A program made the translations under genes and the position numbers. From contig JAUQVK010000101.1 of NCBI GenBank assembly GCA_039794845.1, positions 33,225 through 97,224 of the forward strand: a stretch of 64,000 nt of DNA, read 5' to 3'. Positions 22,919 through 33,217 of this stretch are shown piece after piece (positions within the stretch are counted from its first letter, which is position 1; each line of letters begins with the position of its first letter). The notes under the pieces were generated by a model. It was not told the DNA's origin. It searched no databases and worked only from the letters and a program-made list of their open reading frames with translations. The DNA is from Thermostichus sp. DRC_bins_24 (GTDB taxonomy: Bacteria > Cyanobacteriota > Cyanobacteriia > Thermostichales > Thermostichaceae).

Positions 22919-24214
22919 TTGATCGAGCGTTACACCCTGCCAGAAATGGGCCAAATTTGGGCCAACCCACAGAAATTGCAGACCTGGCTGGAGGTGGAGC
23001 TCGCCGTTTGTGAGGCGCAAGCAGAATTGGGCAGGATCCCTAAGGAGGCCCTAGAGCAGATCAGGAGCAAAGCGGCCTTTGACCCAGAGCGGGTGCTGGA
23101 AATTGAGGCGGAAGTGAAGCACGATGTCATCGCCTTTTTAACCAACGTCAACGAATATGTGGGGGAGGCGGGGCGGTACATCCATGTCGGCCTCACCAGT
23201 TCCGATGTTTTGGATACCGCCTTATCTTTGCAGTTGGTGGCTTCTGTGGCGGTTTTGCAGGCGCGGCTGGCGGATCTGAGTGCCGCCATTCGCACACAAG
23301 CCCAGAAGCACCGGCATACCCTGATGATCGGGCGTACCCACGGGATCCATGCCGAGCCGATTACTTTTGGGTTTAAGTTGGTGGGCTGGCTGGCGGAGTG
23401 CCTGCGACATCAAGAGCGACTGGAGCGGTTGCAAACCTTGGTGGCGGTGGGCAAAATTTCCGGCGCGGTGGGAACCTACGCCAATGTCTCGCCGCAGGTG
23501 GAGCAGCTGGCCTGTGCCCGTTTGGGCCTCAAACCCGATACCGCCTCTACCCAGGTGATCTCGCGGGATCGCCATGCGGAGTACGTGCAAACCCTGGCCC
23601 TAATTGGATCTTCTCTAGAGCGCTTTGCCACCGAGATTCGCAACCTGCAACGGACGGATGTGCTGGAGGTGGAAGAATACTTCGCCCCCGGCCAAAAGGG
23701 ATCTTCCGCTATGCCCCACAAGCGCAACCCGATCAAGTCGGAACAACTGACGGGGATCGCTCGCCTGTTGCGGGGGTATGCCCTCTCGGCTCTAGAAAAC
23801 ATTCCCCTTTGGCATGAACGGGATATTTCCCACAGCTCCGTGGAACGGGTGATTTTGCCGGATGCTTCTATCCTTTGCCACTATCTGTTGGTGCAGATGA
23901 CCGATCTGGTGCAGCACCTGCAGGTACACGCGGGCAACATGGAACGCAACCTCAATATTTATGGCGGCGTGATCTTCAGCCAGCAAGTGTTGTTGGCCCT
24001 GGTGAATAAAGGTCTTAGTCGAGAAGAAGCCTATCGCCTGGTGCAAGAGAATGCCCACCGTGCCTGGAACCAACCCCAGGGGGATTTCCGGGCCAATTTG
24101 CGCTCAGATGCACGGGTGATGGCCCACTTGAGCGAAGCTGAGCTCGCGGCCTGTTTCGAGGCTGATCATCACTTGGTCCATCTGGATGAGATTTTTGCCC
24201 GTGTGGGCCTTTAA
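22919..24214 (+). CDS. purB: adenylosuccinate lyase
   Basis: TTG start (MIERYTLPEMG), KHDVIAF, GRTHGIHAEP, GSSAMPHKRNP. Confidence 0.96.
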   Translation: MIERYTLPEMGQIWANPQKLQTWLEVELAVCEAQAELGRIPKEALEQIRSKAAFDPERVLEIEAEVKHDVIAFLTNVNEYVGEAGRYIHVGLTSSDVLDTALSLQLVASVAVLQARLADLSAAIRTQAQKHRHTLMIGRTHGIHAEPITFGFKLVGWLAECLRHQERLERLQTLVAVGKISGAVGTYANVSPQVEQLACARLGLKPDTASTQVISRDRHAEYVQTLALIGSSLERFATEIRNLQRTDVLEVEEYFAPGQKGSSAMPHKRNPIKSEQLTGIARLLRGYALSALENIPLWHERDISHSSVERVILPDASILCHYLLVQMTDLVQHLQVHAGNMERNLNIYGGVIFSQQVLLALVNKGLSREEAYRLVQENAHRAWNQPQGDFRANLRSDARVMAHLSEAELAACFEADHHLVHLDEIFARVGL

Positions 24215-24226
24215 GGGATCCACGGC

Positions 24227-25207
24227 ATGGTTTGGCAACGGCAACACGTTTTGGGCCTGGCGGACTTCACCCCGGAAGAGTACCAGATTGTTTTGCAGAC
24301 CACTGCCAGTTTTCGGGAAGTCTTAACCCGCCGCCTACCGAAGGTGCCCACGCTACAGGGCAAGGTGGTGGCCACCCTGTTTTTTGAGGCCTCCACCCGC
24401 ACCCGCAATAGCTTTGAGTTGGCGGCCAAACGGCTATCGGCGGATGTGCTGAACTTTGCCCCCGGCACTTCCTCTTTGAGCAAAGGAGAAACCATTCTGG
24501 ATACCGCCCGCACCTTCCTAGCGATGGGATCCGATCTGCTGATCATCCGTCATGCCCAGGCGGGAGTACCCCATCAGTTGGCCGCCGAAATTGCCCGCCG
24601 CGGATCCCCTACGGGGGTATTGAATGCCGGAGATGGCCTGCACGAACACCCCACCCAAGGGCTGTTGGATCTGTTTACCCTTTGCGCCCAACTGGAGCCC
24701 GAACGCCCCCGCCCAGAAGCCCTCCGGGGGGTGAAGATCGCCATCGTCGGCGATATTTTGCACTCGCGGGTGGCCCGTTCCGACATTCATGCCCTGGTGG
24801 CTGCCGGCGCGGAAGTGCACTTGGCTGGCCCCCCCACCCTGCTGCCGAAAGACTTCGCCCAGTTGATCCCCGGCCATACCCTGCCCCTTCATTGGCACCT
24901 GGAGCCGGCCCTAGAGGGATCCCGTTTTGTCATCACCCTGCGCCTACAACAGGAACGCATGAGCGAGTTTTTGCTGCCCAGCCTGCGGGAATACCACCAC
25001 TTTTTTGGCATCACCCGGCAGCGCCTGCAGCTGTGTCACCCGGAGGTGAAGCTCTTGCACCCCGGCCCCGTCAATCGCGGGGTGGAGCTCAGTTCTGAGG
25101 TGATGGAAGACCCCCAACTCAACCTGATCGAGCAGCAGGTTACCCACGGGGTGGCGGTGCGTATGGCCTTGCTTTACCTGATGGGGGGCGGCCGGATCCC
25201 TGCCTGA
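24227..25207 (+). CDS. pyrB: aspartate carbamoyltransferase catalytic subunit
   Basis: [34 protein letters not shown]. Confidence 0.96.
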   Translation: MVWQRQHVLGLADFTPEEYQIVLQTTASFREVLTRRLPKVPTLQGKVVATLFFEASTRTRNSFELAAKRLSADVLNFAPGTSSLSKGETILDTARTFLAMGSDLLIIRHAQAGVPHQLAAEIARRGSPTGVLNAGDGLHEHPTQGLLDLFTLCAQLEPERPRPEALRGVKIAIVGDILHSRVARSDIHALVAAGAEVHLAGPPTLLPKDFAQLIPGHTLPLHWHLEPALEGSRFVITLRLQQERMSEFLLPSLREYHHFFGITRQRLQLCHPEVKLLHPGPVNRGVELSSEVMEDPQLNLIEQQVTHGVAVRMALLYLMGGGRIPA

Positions 25208-25516
25208 GAAGGATTTGCCCGGAATGACCGCCCTTAGGGAACCGTTGAGGTTGCCTTTCGTCTAGAAAAGAGGAGGATGTAGCCAACCCCCTCCGTTGAA
25301 ACCCTGAAGGATACTTTGCTGGAGATCCTACTGGAACATTGCAAGCAGCCCTTAGCTTGTTGAGATGAAGAGCCATCTCTTCACCTCGAATTATTCTTTG
25401 ACGAAATTGCTTACAAGAGAGTTTTGGGATTTGCTGATACCTCACCTGCGGCGAAAGGTCTCCTGATCCCCACTATCCAGTAATTTCCCTCAAATCCTTA
25501 CCCCATCAAGCTTTTC

Positions 25517-25546
25517 GGATCCCAATCCTCTAGGGATCCCTTTTTT
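25517..25546 (+). terminator. putative intrinsic terminator whose stem is formed by two HIP-like motifs
   Basis: GGATCCC-aatcctcta-GGGATCC followed by CTTTTTT. Confidence 0.5.
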
Positions 25547-25639
25547 GTCGCAATCTTAAATAAATTTAAATTGATGGGTGAGAGGTAGGTTTTTATCCCA
25601 AATCAACACATTCAAAAAAATCGGATCTTTTTCTCTTGA

Positions 25640-25680
25640 TTTAACCTGAATTTAACCTCAATATATTCTTCGCTTAACCT
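25640..25680 (+). promoter_or_regulatory. Pho box (SphR/PhoB site), four repeats at 11-bp period
   Basis: TTTAACCT-gaa-TTTAACCT-caa-TATATTCT-tcg-CTTAACCT, 45 bp upstream of pstS; fits the cyanobacterial YTTAAYYW repeat (third unit degenerate). Confidence 0.85.
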
Positions 25681-25725
25681 TTAGGCTTTAGGGTTACAGG
25701 TGTTGATCTGCAACAGATATCACCT

Positions 25726-26805
25726 ATGCGATCTCTGCTTTCCGCCTCTATTCTTTCCCTAGCTGCCCTGGCAGTGGGATCCCTGGGGATGGCCCCTGCT
25801 CGTGCCCAAACCATCCAAATCTCCGGTGCGGGTGCGACCTTCGCCGCTCCGCTGCTACAGCGTTGGTTCGATGCCTACAACCGTACCGTTAACCCCAATG
25901 TGCAGGTTAGTTACCAGTCGGTGGGTAGTGGTGCTGGTTTGGAACAGTACATCAACGGCACTGTGGACTTCGGCGCTTCCGAAGGCCCGATGAACGAAAC
26001 CAACAACCGTTCCCGCTACGAAAACTTCCAAGCTAAGTTTGGCTACAAGCCACTGCAGTTGCCCCTAGCCGGTGGTGCCATCGAGTTTGCCTACAACCTG
26101 CCCGGTATTGGCGATCAAGAGTTGATCCTGAAGCGGGAAACCTATTGCGGCATCGTCACCGGCGAAATTACCCGCTGGGATGACATCCGCATCAAGGCCC
26201 AGAACCCCACCTTGGTGGATCGCCTGCCTGCTCTGGATATCACCTGGGTACACCGTTCCGACGGTTCGGGTACCACCTACGTGTTTACCAACCACATCAA
26301 CGCCGTTTGCCCCAACTGGACTGCTGGCTTTGGTACCTCTGTGGAGTGGCCCGTCGGAATTGGCGGACAGGGTAACGAAGGAGTAGCAGCGACCATCCTG
26401 CAAGAAGAAGGCGCGATTGGCTATGTGAACCAGTCCTACGCCAAGCTGGAAAACATGGATACCGCCCGCATCGAAAACAAGGCTGGCAATGTAGTTGCTT
26501 TCACCCCTGAAGGTGCCTCTGCCGCTTTGGATGCTCCTGTGCCGGAAGACTTTGCTCTGTTGGTACCCGACCCCGAAGGCCCAGACCACTACCCCATCGT
26601 TGGTTTGTTCTGGGTCATGCTTTACCGTGAATACCCGGATGCCGCCAAGCTAGAGGCTCTCGTGGATGCCATGAAGTGGACGCAAGGCCCAGATGGTCAA
26701 GCCATTACCCGCGAGCTGGACTACATCCCCATGCCGGATTCTGTGATTCAGCGGATTTTTGCGGAGCTGGATGCCATCACCGTCAACCCCAACGCGGTGC
26801 GATGA
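25726..26805 (+). CDS. pstS: phosphate ABC transporter substrate-binding protein
   Basis: GAGATF..P, YQSVGSGAG, VDFGAS, HRSDGSGTT, YPI. Confidence 0.95.
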   Translation: MRSLLSASILSLAALAVGSLGMAPARAQTIQISGAGATFAAPLLQRWFDAYNRTVNPNVQVSYQSVGSGAGLEQYINGTVDFGASEGPMNETNNRSRYENFQAKFGYKPLQLPLAGGAIEFAYNLPGIGDQELILKRETYCGIVTGEITRWDDIRIKAQNPTLVDRLPALDITWVHRSDGSGTTYVFTNHINAVCPNWTAGFGTSVEWPVGIGGQGNEGVAATILQEEGAIGYVNQSYAKLENMDTARIENKAGNVVAFTPEGASAALDAPVPEDFALLVPDPEGPDHYPIVGLFWVMLYREYPDAAKLEALVDAMKWTQGPDGQAITRELDYIPMPDSVIQRIFAELDAITVNPNAVR

Positions 26806-27081
26806 ATTGGTTTCAGTTTGAAATTCGCTAGCTTGTAGCCAGTGGTCGGTGGAGGGGTTTGTCGCCCTTCTACCGGCTACTGGTTTATCACTTGCACAGC
26901 GACAATCCACAGAGCTCGTTGCAAGGTTGGTGTCTCAAAAAGGTTTTCGGCTACGGATCCGTTTGGGTTGATATTCGCGGTTCAATTTTGAATGTTGACC
27001 AGAACACAGACACCCCCAACCGAAATGAGGTATTTAGGTTGAGAGTGATGTTAAAGAAAGAATTGCCACAGGGGAGGCCCT

Positions 27082-28059
27082 ATGACTTCGGCGGATAGAA
27101 CTTTAGATTCCTCGCAGGATATCAGCATAGAAAGAAAAATGGACACTTCCCGCGCCTTGGATGTGGGGTTTGTCCGTCTAACGCTGGCTCTGGCTAGCTT
27201 TGCGGGCATCATCCTCATTTGGGTGATTTTGCAAACTGCCGAAGCCGCTCTGCCCGCCATTCAACAATTTGGCTTGGGCTTTTTGGTTACCACCCGCTGG
27301 AACCCCGTCGAAGAAATTTTTGGGGTGCTGCCGCAGATCTACGGTACCCTGATGACCTCCTTGGTGGCCTTGATCTTCGCCATTCCCTTGGGCATTGGTA
27401 CGGCGATTTTCTTAACCGAAGATTTTGTGCCTAAGTGGATCACCACCCCGATTTCCTTTGCCATTGAGCTGATTGTGGCCATTCCCAGTGTGGTGTTGGG
27501 GCTGTGGGGCATCTTTGTGTTGATTCCGGCGGTGCGCCCCATCTTCCGAGCCATCAATGAGAGCATGAAGTGGTTCCCCCTTTTTGGTGGCCCTGCCCCG
27601 CGCGGACCCAGTTTGCTGATTGTGGGCTTGGTGCTTTCTATCATGATCTCCCCAATCATCATCTCCATTACCCGCAGCACCTTTGAGTCATTGCCCCGCA
27701 ACCTGCGCGATGGTGCCCTGGCTTTGGGGGCAACCCGTTGGGAAACCATCATGACCGTGATGATCCCTGCGGGTTTGTCGGGCATTGTTAGCTCCATCAT
27801 GTTGGCCATGGGCCGTGCCCTGGGAGAAACGATGGTGGCGGCGATGATCTCCGGCAATGCCAACCGTATTAATGTCTCCCTGATGCAGCCCGGATCTACC
27901 ATCACTGGCCTGATTGCCTCGCAGTTTGGGGAAGCAGGTCGGTTGCAGGTGTCAGCCCTGATGTACGCCGGGGTGGTCTTGATGGTGCTGTCTTTGTTGG
28001 TGAATATCCTGGCGGAGATCATCATCCGTAAATTCCAAAACCTTCAGCAGGCCAATTAG
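27082..28059 (+). CDS. pstC: phosphate ABC transporter permease
   Basis: AIPSVV.GLWG, ALGATRWET, GRALGETM. Confidence 0.95.
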   Translation: MTSADRTLDSSQDISIERKMDTSRALDVGFVRLTLALASFAGIILIWVILQTAEAALPAIQQFGLGFLVTTRWNPVEEIFGVLPQIYGTLMTSLVALIFAIPLGIGTAIFLTEDFVPKWITTPISFAIELIVAIPSVVLGLWGIFVLIPAVRPIFRAINESMKWFPLFGGPAPRGPSLLIVGLVLSIMISPIIISITRSTFESLPRNLRDGALALGATRWETIMTVMIPAGLSGIVSSIMLAMGRALGETMVAAMISGNANRINVSLMQPGSTITGLIASQFGEAGRLQVSALMYAGVVLMVLSLLVNILAEIIIRKFQNLQQAN

Positions 28060-28100
28060 GAAACAATTGGAGAAGTTACCGATTTAGGAGTCTTTTTGTC

Positions 28101-28988
28101 ATGTCAAGCTCAGCACAGTTGGGCTCTGGGGATATCGACATCACCCGTGCCGCCATTGCCCCCATCCGCAACTATTCCGGTAAAGTTCTCACCATTCTCA
28201 GTGCCGTCTTTGTGGCTGTAATCATCGTTCTCTTGGCGTGGGTACTTTGGGACGTTGCCAAAGAAGGGGTGCATAAGCTCACTTGGTACTCCTTTACCCA
28301 AGTCCGTTACCCTGCCCCTGGCTTGTCTGATGGGGGATTCGGTCATGCGATTGTCGGTAGCCTGATGGTGTTGGCAACGGGGGCAGCCTTGAGCTTTCCT
28401 TTCGGGATCCTGGCGGCGGTATATCTTTCGGAGTTTGGTCGCGGTACCCGTTTGGCCTATTTGGTCAAGTTCTCCTGTAACGTGCTCACGGGGGTGCCAG
28501 CCATTCTCTGTGGCCTATTTGCCTATGCGGTGGTGGTGCGGGGATCCGGCTTTTCCGCTTTTTCGGGGGGGATCGCACTGGGGGTGTTGATGCTGCCCAT
28601 CGTGATTCGCTCTACGGAAGAGGCGTTGTTGCTGGTGTCTCCCGATATGCGCTTGGCCTCGATTGGCTTGGGATCCACCCGCTTTCAAACCACGATGCGG
28701 ATTGTCCTGCCAGCAGCAGCTCCGGCGATTGTGACGGGGTTGATTTTGGCCTTGGCACGGGCGGCGGGTGAGGCGGCCCCCTTGCTGTTTACCTCCTTCA
28801 ACAACAACTTCTGGTCTACCAACCTATTTGGCCCGGTGGCTACTTTGCCGGTGATGACCTACTTCTTTGCCATCATTCCCTACAAACCCCAGCAAGAATT
28901 GGCTTGGGCGGGTGCTTTGGTGCTATTGGCGATGGTGCTAATCGCTAGCCTCCTCTCCCGCTTTGTGGTGCACAAAACCAAAAAGTAA
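28101..28988 (+). CDS. pstA: phosphate ABC transporter permease
   Basis: GVPAI..GLF, ARAAGEAAPLLFT, ELAWAGAL. Confidence 0.95.
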   Translation: MSSSAQLGSGDIDITRAAIAPIRNYSGKVLTILSAVFVAVIIVLLAWVLWDVAKEGVHKLTWYSFTQVRYPAPGLSDGGFGHAIVGSLMVLATGAALSFPFGILAAVYLSEFGRGTRLAYLVKFSCNVLTGVPAILCGLFAYAVVVRGSGFSAFSGGIALGVLMLPIVIRSTEEALLLVSPDMRLASIGLGSTRFQTTMRIVLPAAAPAIVTGLILALARAAGEAAPLLFTSFNNNFWSTNLFGPVATLPVMTYFFAIIPYKPQQELAWAGALVLLAMVLIASLLSRFVVHKTKK

Positions 28989-29045
28989 CTTGCTCTGTAT
29001 CTTGCTTTCCCTCTCGAGACGATCGCGCAAGCGGTGTAAAACATT

Positions 29046-29870
29046 ATGAACTCTAACCCTGTGAGTGGTGCCATGCAAACCAAATCCCCCAACCAAACTT
29101 CCTACGTTTTCAAAACCGAAAATCTGAACGTCTATTACGGCTCTAACCTGGCGGTGAAAAACGTCAATTTAGACATTCCCGCTCGGCAGATCACCGCCTT
29201 TATCGGCCCCTCCGGCTGTGGCAAAAGTACCGTCTTGCGCTGCTTTAACCGCACCAACGATTTGATCCCTGGCGCACGGGTAGAAGGCAAGCTCACCTAC
29301 CACGGCAAAGACCTCTACGCCGAAAACGTGGATCCGGTGTCGGTACGGCGACGCATTGGCATGGTGTTCCAAAAGCCCAACCCTTTTCCCAAAACCATCT
29401 ACGACAACATCGCCTACGGCCCACGGGTGCTGGGCATGAAGGTGGATATGGACGAAGTGGTGGAAACCTCTCTAAAGCGGGCTGCCCTTTGGGATGAAGT
29501 CAAAGACAAACTCAAAGAAAGTGGCCAATCGTTGTCGGGGGGGCAGCAGCAGCGTCTGTGTATCGCCCGTGCTTTGGCGGTGAAGCCGGATGTGATCTTG
29601 ATGGATGAGCCTTGCTCCGCTTTGGATCCGATTTCTACCCGCCGCATTGAGGAGCTGATGAAGGAGCTGGAGGAGGAGTACACGATCATCATCGTTACCC
29701 ACAATATGCAGCAGGCCAGCCGTGTTTCCGATATGACTGCCTTTTTCAGCGTGGAATTGGTGGGATCCAACCGCGTCGGCGAGCTGATGGAGTTCGATAA
29801 AACTGAGGTGATCTTCAACAATCCTGTTAAGGAAGCCACCAAGGATTACGTGGAAGGCCGCTTCGGCTAA
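29046..29870 (+). CDS. pstB: phosphate ABC transporter ATPase
   Basis: [37 protein letters not shown]. Confidence 0.96.
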   Translation: MNSNPVSGAMQTKSPNQTSYVFKTENLNVYYGSNLAVKNVNLDIPARQITAFIGPSGCGKSTVLRCFNRTNDLIPGARVEGKLTYHGKDLYAENVDPVSVRRRIGMVFQKPNPFPKTIYDNIAYGPRVLGMKVDMDEVVETSLKRAALWDEVKDKLKESGQSLSGGQQQRLCIARALAVKPDVILMDEPCSALDPISTRRIEELMKELEEEYTIIIVTHNMQQASRVSDMTAFFSVELVGSNRVGELMEFDKTEVIFNNPVKEATKDYVEGRFG

Positions 29871-29998
29871 ACCGATTGGCCGCGCAGGGGATCCCCGGAG
29901 GCAAGATACCCCTTCAGACTGTTCTTGACGAACTCTTTTGTCAACCCTTTCCACCGATGATCGGGGTCTAGAACGATTGCTTTTGAATAGGGATCCCT

Positions 29999-31366
29999 AT
30001 GACCGTTGCCGCTCCGGATAAGCTGCAAGCCTTACGTTCCGCCCTCACCGGCATTGAAATCATCACGGATCCGGTGCAGATCACCAAGTTATCGCTGGAT
30101 TTTTATCATTACAGCCCCGTGCTCACCCGGCAACTGAGCGACAAACGAGGGGATCTGGTAGTACGCCCCGCCAATGAGGCAGAAGTGTTGCGGGTAGCGG
30201 CAGCCTGTGCCCAACAACGGATCCCGGTCACGATTCGCGGCGCCGGGACAGGCAACTACGGCCAGTGCATTCCGATGGCGGGCGGTGTCATCCTGGATGT
30301 GAGCAAGCTGAACCAGGTGCTCTGGGCTAAACCCGGAGTGGCACGGGTTCAGGCGGGGGCCAAGTTGATGGCCATCGACAAACAAACCCGCGAGATTGGT
30401 TGGGAGATCCGCATGGCCCCTTCCACCTATCGCACTGCCACAATTGGGGGCTTTATTGCTGGCGGCAGTGGGGGCATTGGCTCCATCACCTACGGTCAAC
30501 TGCGGGATCGGGGCAATATCCTAGGGTTGCGGGTGGTCACCTTGGAGGAAGAACCGCGCATTATTGAGCTGCGAGGAGATGAAGTTTTCAAGGTCAGCCA
30601 TGCCTGGGGACTCAACGGCATCATCACCGAAGTGGAAATTCCTCTGGGGCCTGCTTACCCTTGGGCAGAATTGGTGGTGGCCTTTCCCCGTGAGGGGGGC
30701 TTTATGCCCTGTGCCCATTTTGGTCAAGCCCTGGGAGACGCGGACGGGATCATCAAAAAAATGATCAGCCTGCACGCCTGGCCCATCCCCAGTTACTTTG
30801 CACCGCTACGGGGATCCATACCCGAGGGATCCGCCATTGCCCTGCTGATGATTGCCGAATCGAGTGTCGAACCCCTGATGGAGTTGATCCGCGAACATGG
30901 AGGCCAGGTGGTTTACCACAAAACCGCCCAAGAGGCCAGCAAAGGGATCATGCTGGGGGAATTCACCTGGAACCACACCACCCTACACTGTCGCAGCGTC
31001 GACACAGGCCTTACCTATTTGCAATCGGCTTTTCCGACCGACCGAGAGCTGAAAATGGTGCAGCACATGTATGAGTATTTTGGCGATGAAGTGCTGATGC
31101 ACCTGGAGTTTATCCGTATTGATGGGCAAGCTACCCCGGTAGGTTTACAAATTGTGCGTTTTACCACCGAAGATCGCCTCAATGAGATTATGCGCTACCA
31201 CGAAGAGCATGGGGTATTCATCGCCAACCCCCATACGTTCATCATCGAAGATGGCGGGCGCAAAGTGATGGATCCACGTCAGATTCGCTTCAAAGAAGAA
31301 GTGGATCCCTATGGGTTGCTCAACCCCGGAAAAATGCGCACCTGGACGGAACGAGCCTCAGCATAG
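29999..31366 (+). CDS. FAD-binding (VAO/PCMH-type) oxidoreductase
   Basis: RGAGTGNYGQ, TIGGFIAGGSGG, DPYGLLNPGK. Confidence 0.88.
   Translation: MTVAAPDKLQALRSALTGIEIITDPVQITKLSLDFYHYSPVLTRQLSDKRGDLVVRPANEAEVLRVAAACAQQRIPVTIRGAGTGNYGQCIPMAGGVILDVSKLNQVLWAKPGVARVQAGAKLMAIDKQTREIGWEIRMAPSTYRTATIGGFIAGGSGGIGSITYGQLRDRGNILGLRVVTLEEEPRIIELRGDEVFKVSHAWGLNGIITEVEIPLGPAYPWAELVVAFPREGGFMPCAHFGQALGDADGIIKKMISLHAWPIPSYFAPLRGSIPEGSAIALLMIAESSVEPLMELIREHGGQVVYHKTAQEASKGIMLGEFTWNHTTLHCRSVDTGLTYLQSAFPTDRELKMVQHMYEYFGDEVLMHLEFIRIDGQATPVGLQIVRFTTEDRLNEIMRYHEEHGVFIANPHTFIIEDGGRKVMDPRQIRFKEEVDPYGLLNPGKMRTWTERASA
31310..31362 (+). repeat. direct repeat A, copy 1 (3' end of the FAD oxidoreductase gene)
   Basis: 50/53 identical to 32139-32191. 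Confidence 0.9.
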
Positions 31367-31394
31367 TCTACTTGATCTAGTTGATCTAGAAGGT

Positions 31395-31670
31395 TTACAT
31401 CTGTCCCAACAACTTGTCGTATTCTGCATGGGAGCCGATCCAAAACCAGATCATGGTATCCCCATCAACCTGACCTACCGCCCGGTAGTTCTTGCTAATA
31501 CGGGCAGAATAAAAATAAATTGGCAACTCTGGGTGCACTTTTTTGAAATGTAGACTGGGATAGTTCGGATCTTCCTGGAACAGGCGATAGGCTGCACGGG
31601 CCTGCTGTTGAACCTGCTCAGGCAATCCAGTAAACAACTTACGAAACTGGGCTGTAGTGCGCGACTTCAC
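31395..31670 (-). CDS. RelE/ParE-superfamily toxin
   Basis: F.KL...LP..VQ..A..AY.LF..DP.YPSL.FKK...S.RI..NYRA.....W.WIGSH..YD; start overlaps the antitoxin stop. Confidence 0.8.
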   Translation of the reverse strand: MKSRTTAQFRKLFTGLPEQVQQQARAAYRLFQEDPNYPSLHFKKVHPELPIYFYSARISKNYRAVGQVDGDTMIWFWIGSHAEYDKLLGQM

Positions 31671-31885
31671 AGCGTCTCTGGATTAAGTTCCTGGGTTTCT
31701 CCGGCCTGATACTCAGCCATTGCTGAAGCTGCGAGTTTGGCAAGCACATCTGGAGAACGGGAGAAGGTTTCATCCCAACGACGCTCATCCTCAATCTCTT
31801 CCAGGATAATTGAAGCAATTGCGTTTTGCTCACTTTCAGGCAAAGACTGCAACCTGGCGATTGCATGCTGAAGCAACTCAGTCAT
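31667..31885 (-). CDS. cognate antitoxin (small acidic protein)
   Basis: MTELL..AI..L..LP..EQ.AIA..ILEE.EDE.RWD..F; lies directly upstream of the toxin. Confidence 0.75.
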   Translation of the reverse strand: MTELLQHAIARLQSLPESEQNAIASIILEEIEDERRWDETFSRSPDVLAKLAASAMAEYQAGETQELNPETL

Positions 31886-31950
31886 CACCACTCTACCCGT
31901 CACTTCATACCGACTTTATCCACTATCGCAGCTCTCAGGGAGATTGGGCA

Positions 31951-32133
31951 TACAGCCCTTGCGCGGGTTTTCTACAGCAGGGCTTATGCTTCCTCCTCTC
32001 GCTAGGCGAGGTGCGGAGCACCACCCCTCCGGGAGATAGGTCTCAACCTCCATAGCTGTTACATATGACTAGCGGTGCCCTATGGGCCGCCATGGGCGAA
32101 CGCGCCAGCGTGCCCTGGGCGTAAAGGGCTGTA
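31951..32133. mobile_element. putative MITE (183 bp) with TACAGCCCTT terminal inverted repeats
   Basis: TACAGCCCTT at 31951 and AAGGGCTGTA ending at 32133; no convincing ORF inside. Confidence 0.45.
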
Positions 32134-32138
32134 CTCTG

Positions 32139-32191
32139 TATGGGTTGCTCAACCCCGGTAAAATGCGCACCTGGATGGAACGAGCCTCGGC
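32139..32191 (+). repeat. direct repeat A, copy 2 (displaced gene 3' end)
   Basis: TATGGGTTGCTCAACCCCGGTAAAATGCGCACCTGGATGGAACGAGCCTCGGC. Confidence 0.9.
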
Positions 32192-32292
32192 TTGGGATAT
32201 TGGGTTTCTAACTGTCTCTGCTGCCGGCAATTAAGGAGACGATAAGGTAAATGATCCCTAACGAGATGGCAGCTTCTTCCAAAACTCACGTC

Positions 32293-32919
32293 CTAAAACT
32301 CACGCCCCTGCCCGAAGGCCAGAACTTCGTCCACCCCCAAACGGGGCTTGCGAGGCCAATTCCCCGGTGCCGCATACCCAACAGGCAGCAACATCACCGG
32401 CACATAGCGCTCAGAAATGCCAAATTCCCGCTTCACCCCTTCCGGATCAAAACCAATCATCGGGCCGCTGACATAGCCTTTGGCTTGGGCTGCGATCATC
32501 AGGGCCATGGCTGCCATTGCCCCTGAGCGAATGGCCTCATCCCGGGCCAGCGTGGCATTGTTGCGGTAGGCACTCTGGGCCATGTTCACCCAACTTTCGG
32601 CTTTCTCGGCAGGGAGGATCCCGGCAGCAACTGTTTGCTCAACAATCTGGGGCATTTTTTCGTAAGCCAGGAGATCCCCAAGGATGATAAACACCACCGG
32701 GGCATCGGCCACCTTCTGTTGGTTATAGGCCACGGATTTGAGGCGCTCTTTGGCCTCTTGCTCCGTGACGGCAACAAATCGCCAATGCTGAATGTTGTAA
32801 GCAGAAGGCGCTTCCACAGCATAGGCAACCAACTCCTTAATCTCGGCTTCCGATAATGGGCGGCTGCTGTCAAACTTGTTGGCGGAAATGCGCGCTTTCA
32901 AAGCATCTAGGGCGTTCAT
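32293..32919 (-). CDS. nitroreductase family protein
   Basis: R.S...[33 protein letters not shown]. Confidence 0.9.
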   Translation of the reverse strand: MNALDALKARISANKFDSSRPLSEAEIKELVAYAVEAPSAYNIQHWRFVAVTEQEAKERLKSVAYNQQKVADAPVVFIILGDLLAYEKMPQIVEQTVAAGILPAEKAESWVNMAQSAYRNNATLARDEAIRSGAMAAMALMIAAQAKGYVSGPMIGFDPEGVKREFGISERYVPVMLLPVGYAAPGNWPRKPRLGVDEVLAFGQGREF

Positions 32920-33217
32920 AAGATTCTCCATTCTCCTCTCAATCAAAACATTCCAGGGCTCGGGCATCGGGGGGCAACGGTTCTAGAGTAAAGGCAAAGA
33001 CCGCACCCAGAGGGTTTTTCTCGGCCTGAAGGGGCAACGAGCTGCCTGTCGGAGCTTAGACTCATGTTCAAGCCACCGATCAACCCTTCATCCCCAACAG
33101 GGATCCCTGAGTCAGAGGCAGTTATGATGAGAAGGCGAGCAGCTGCCAAGCGGGCTCTGTATTGTTGAGAGATTGTTGGTTGAGAGAAGCGGTGTGGTTG
33201 ATGGGGAGAAACAGTCT

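Noticed and set aside
25140..25445. 101-aa minus-strand ORF or possible gene remnant after pyrB
   Set aside because: No recognisable motif, and it overlaps the pyrB end; unsupported.
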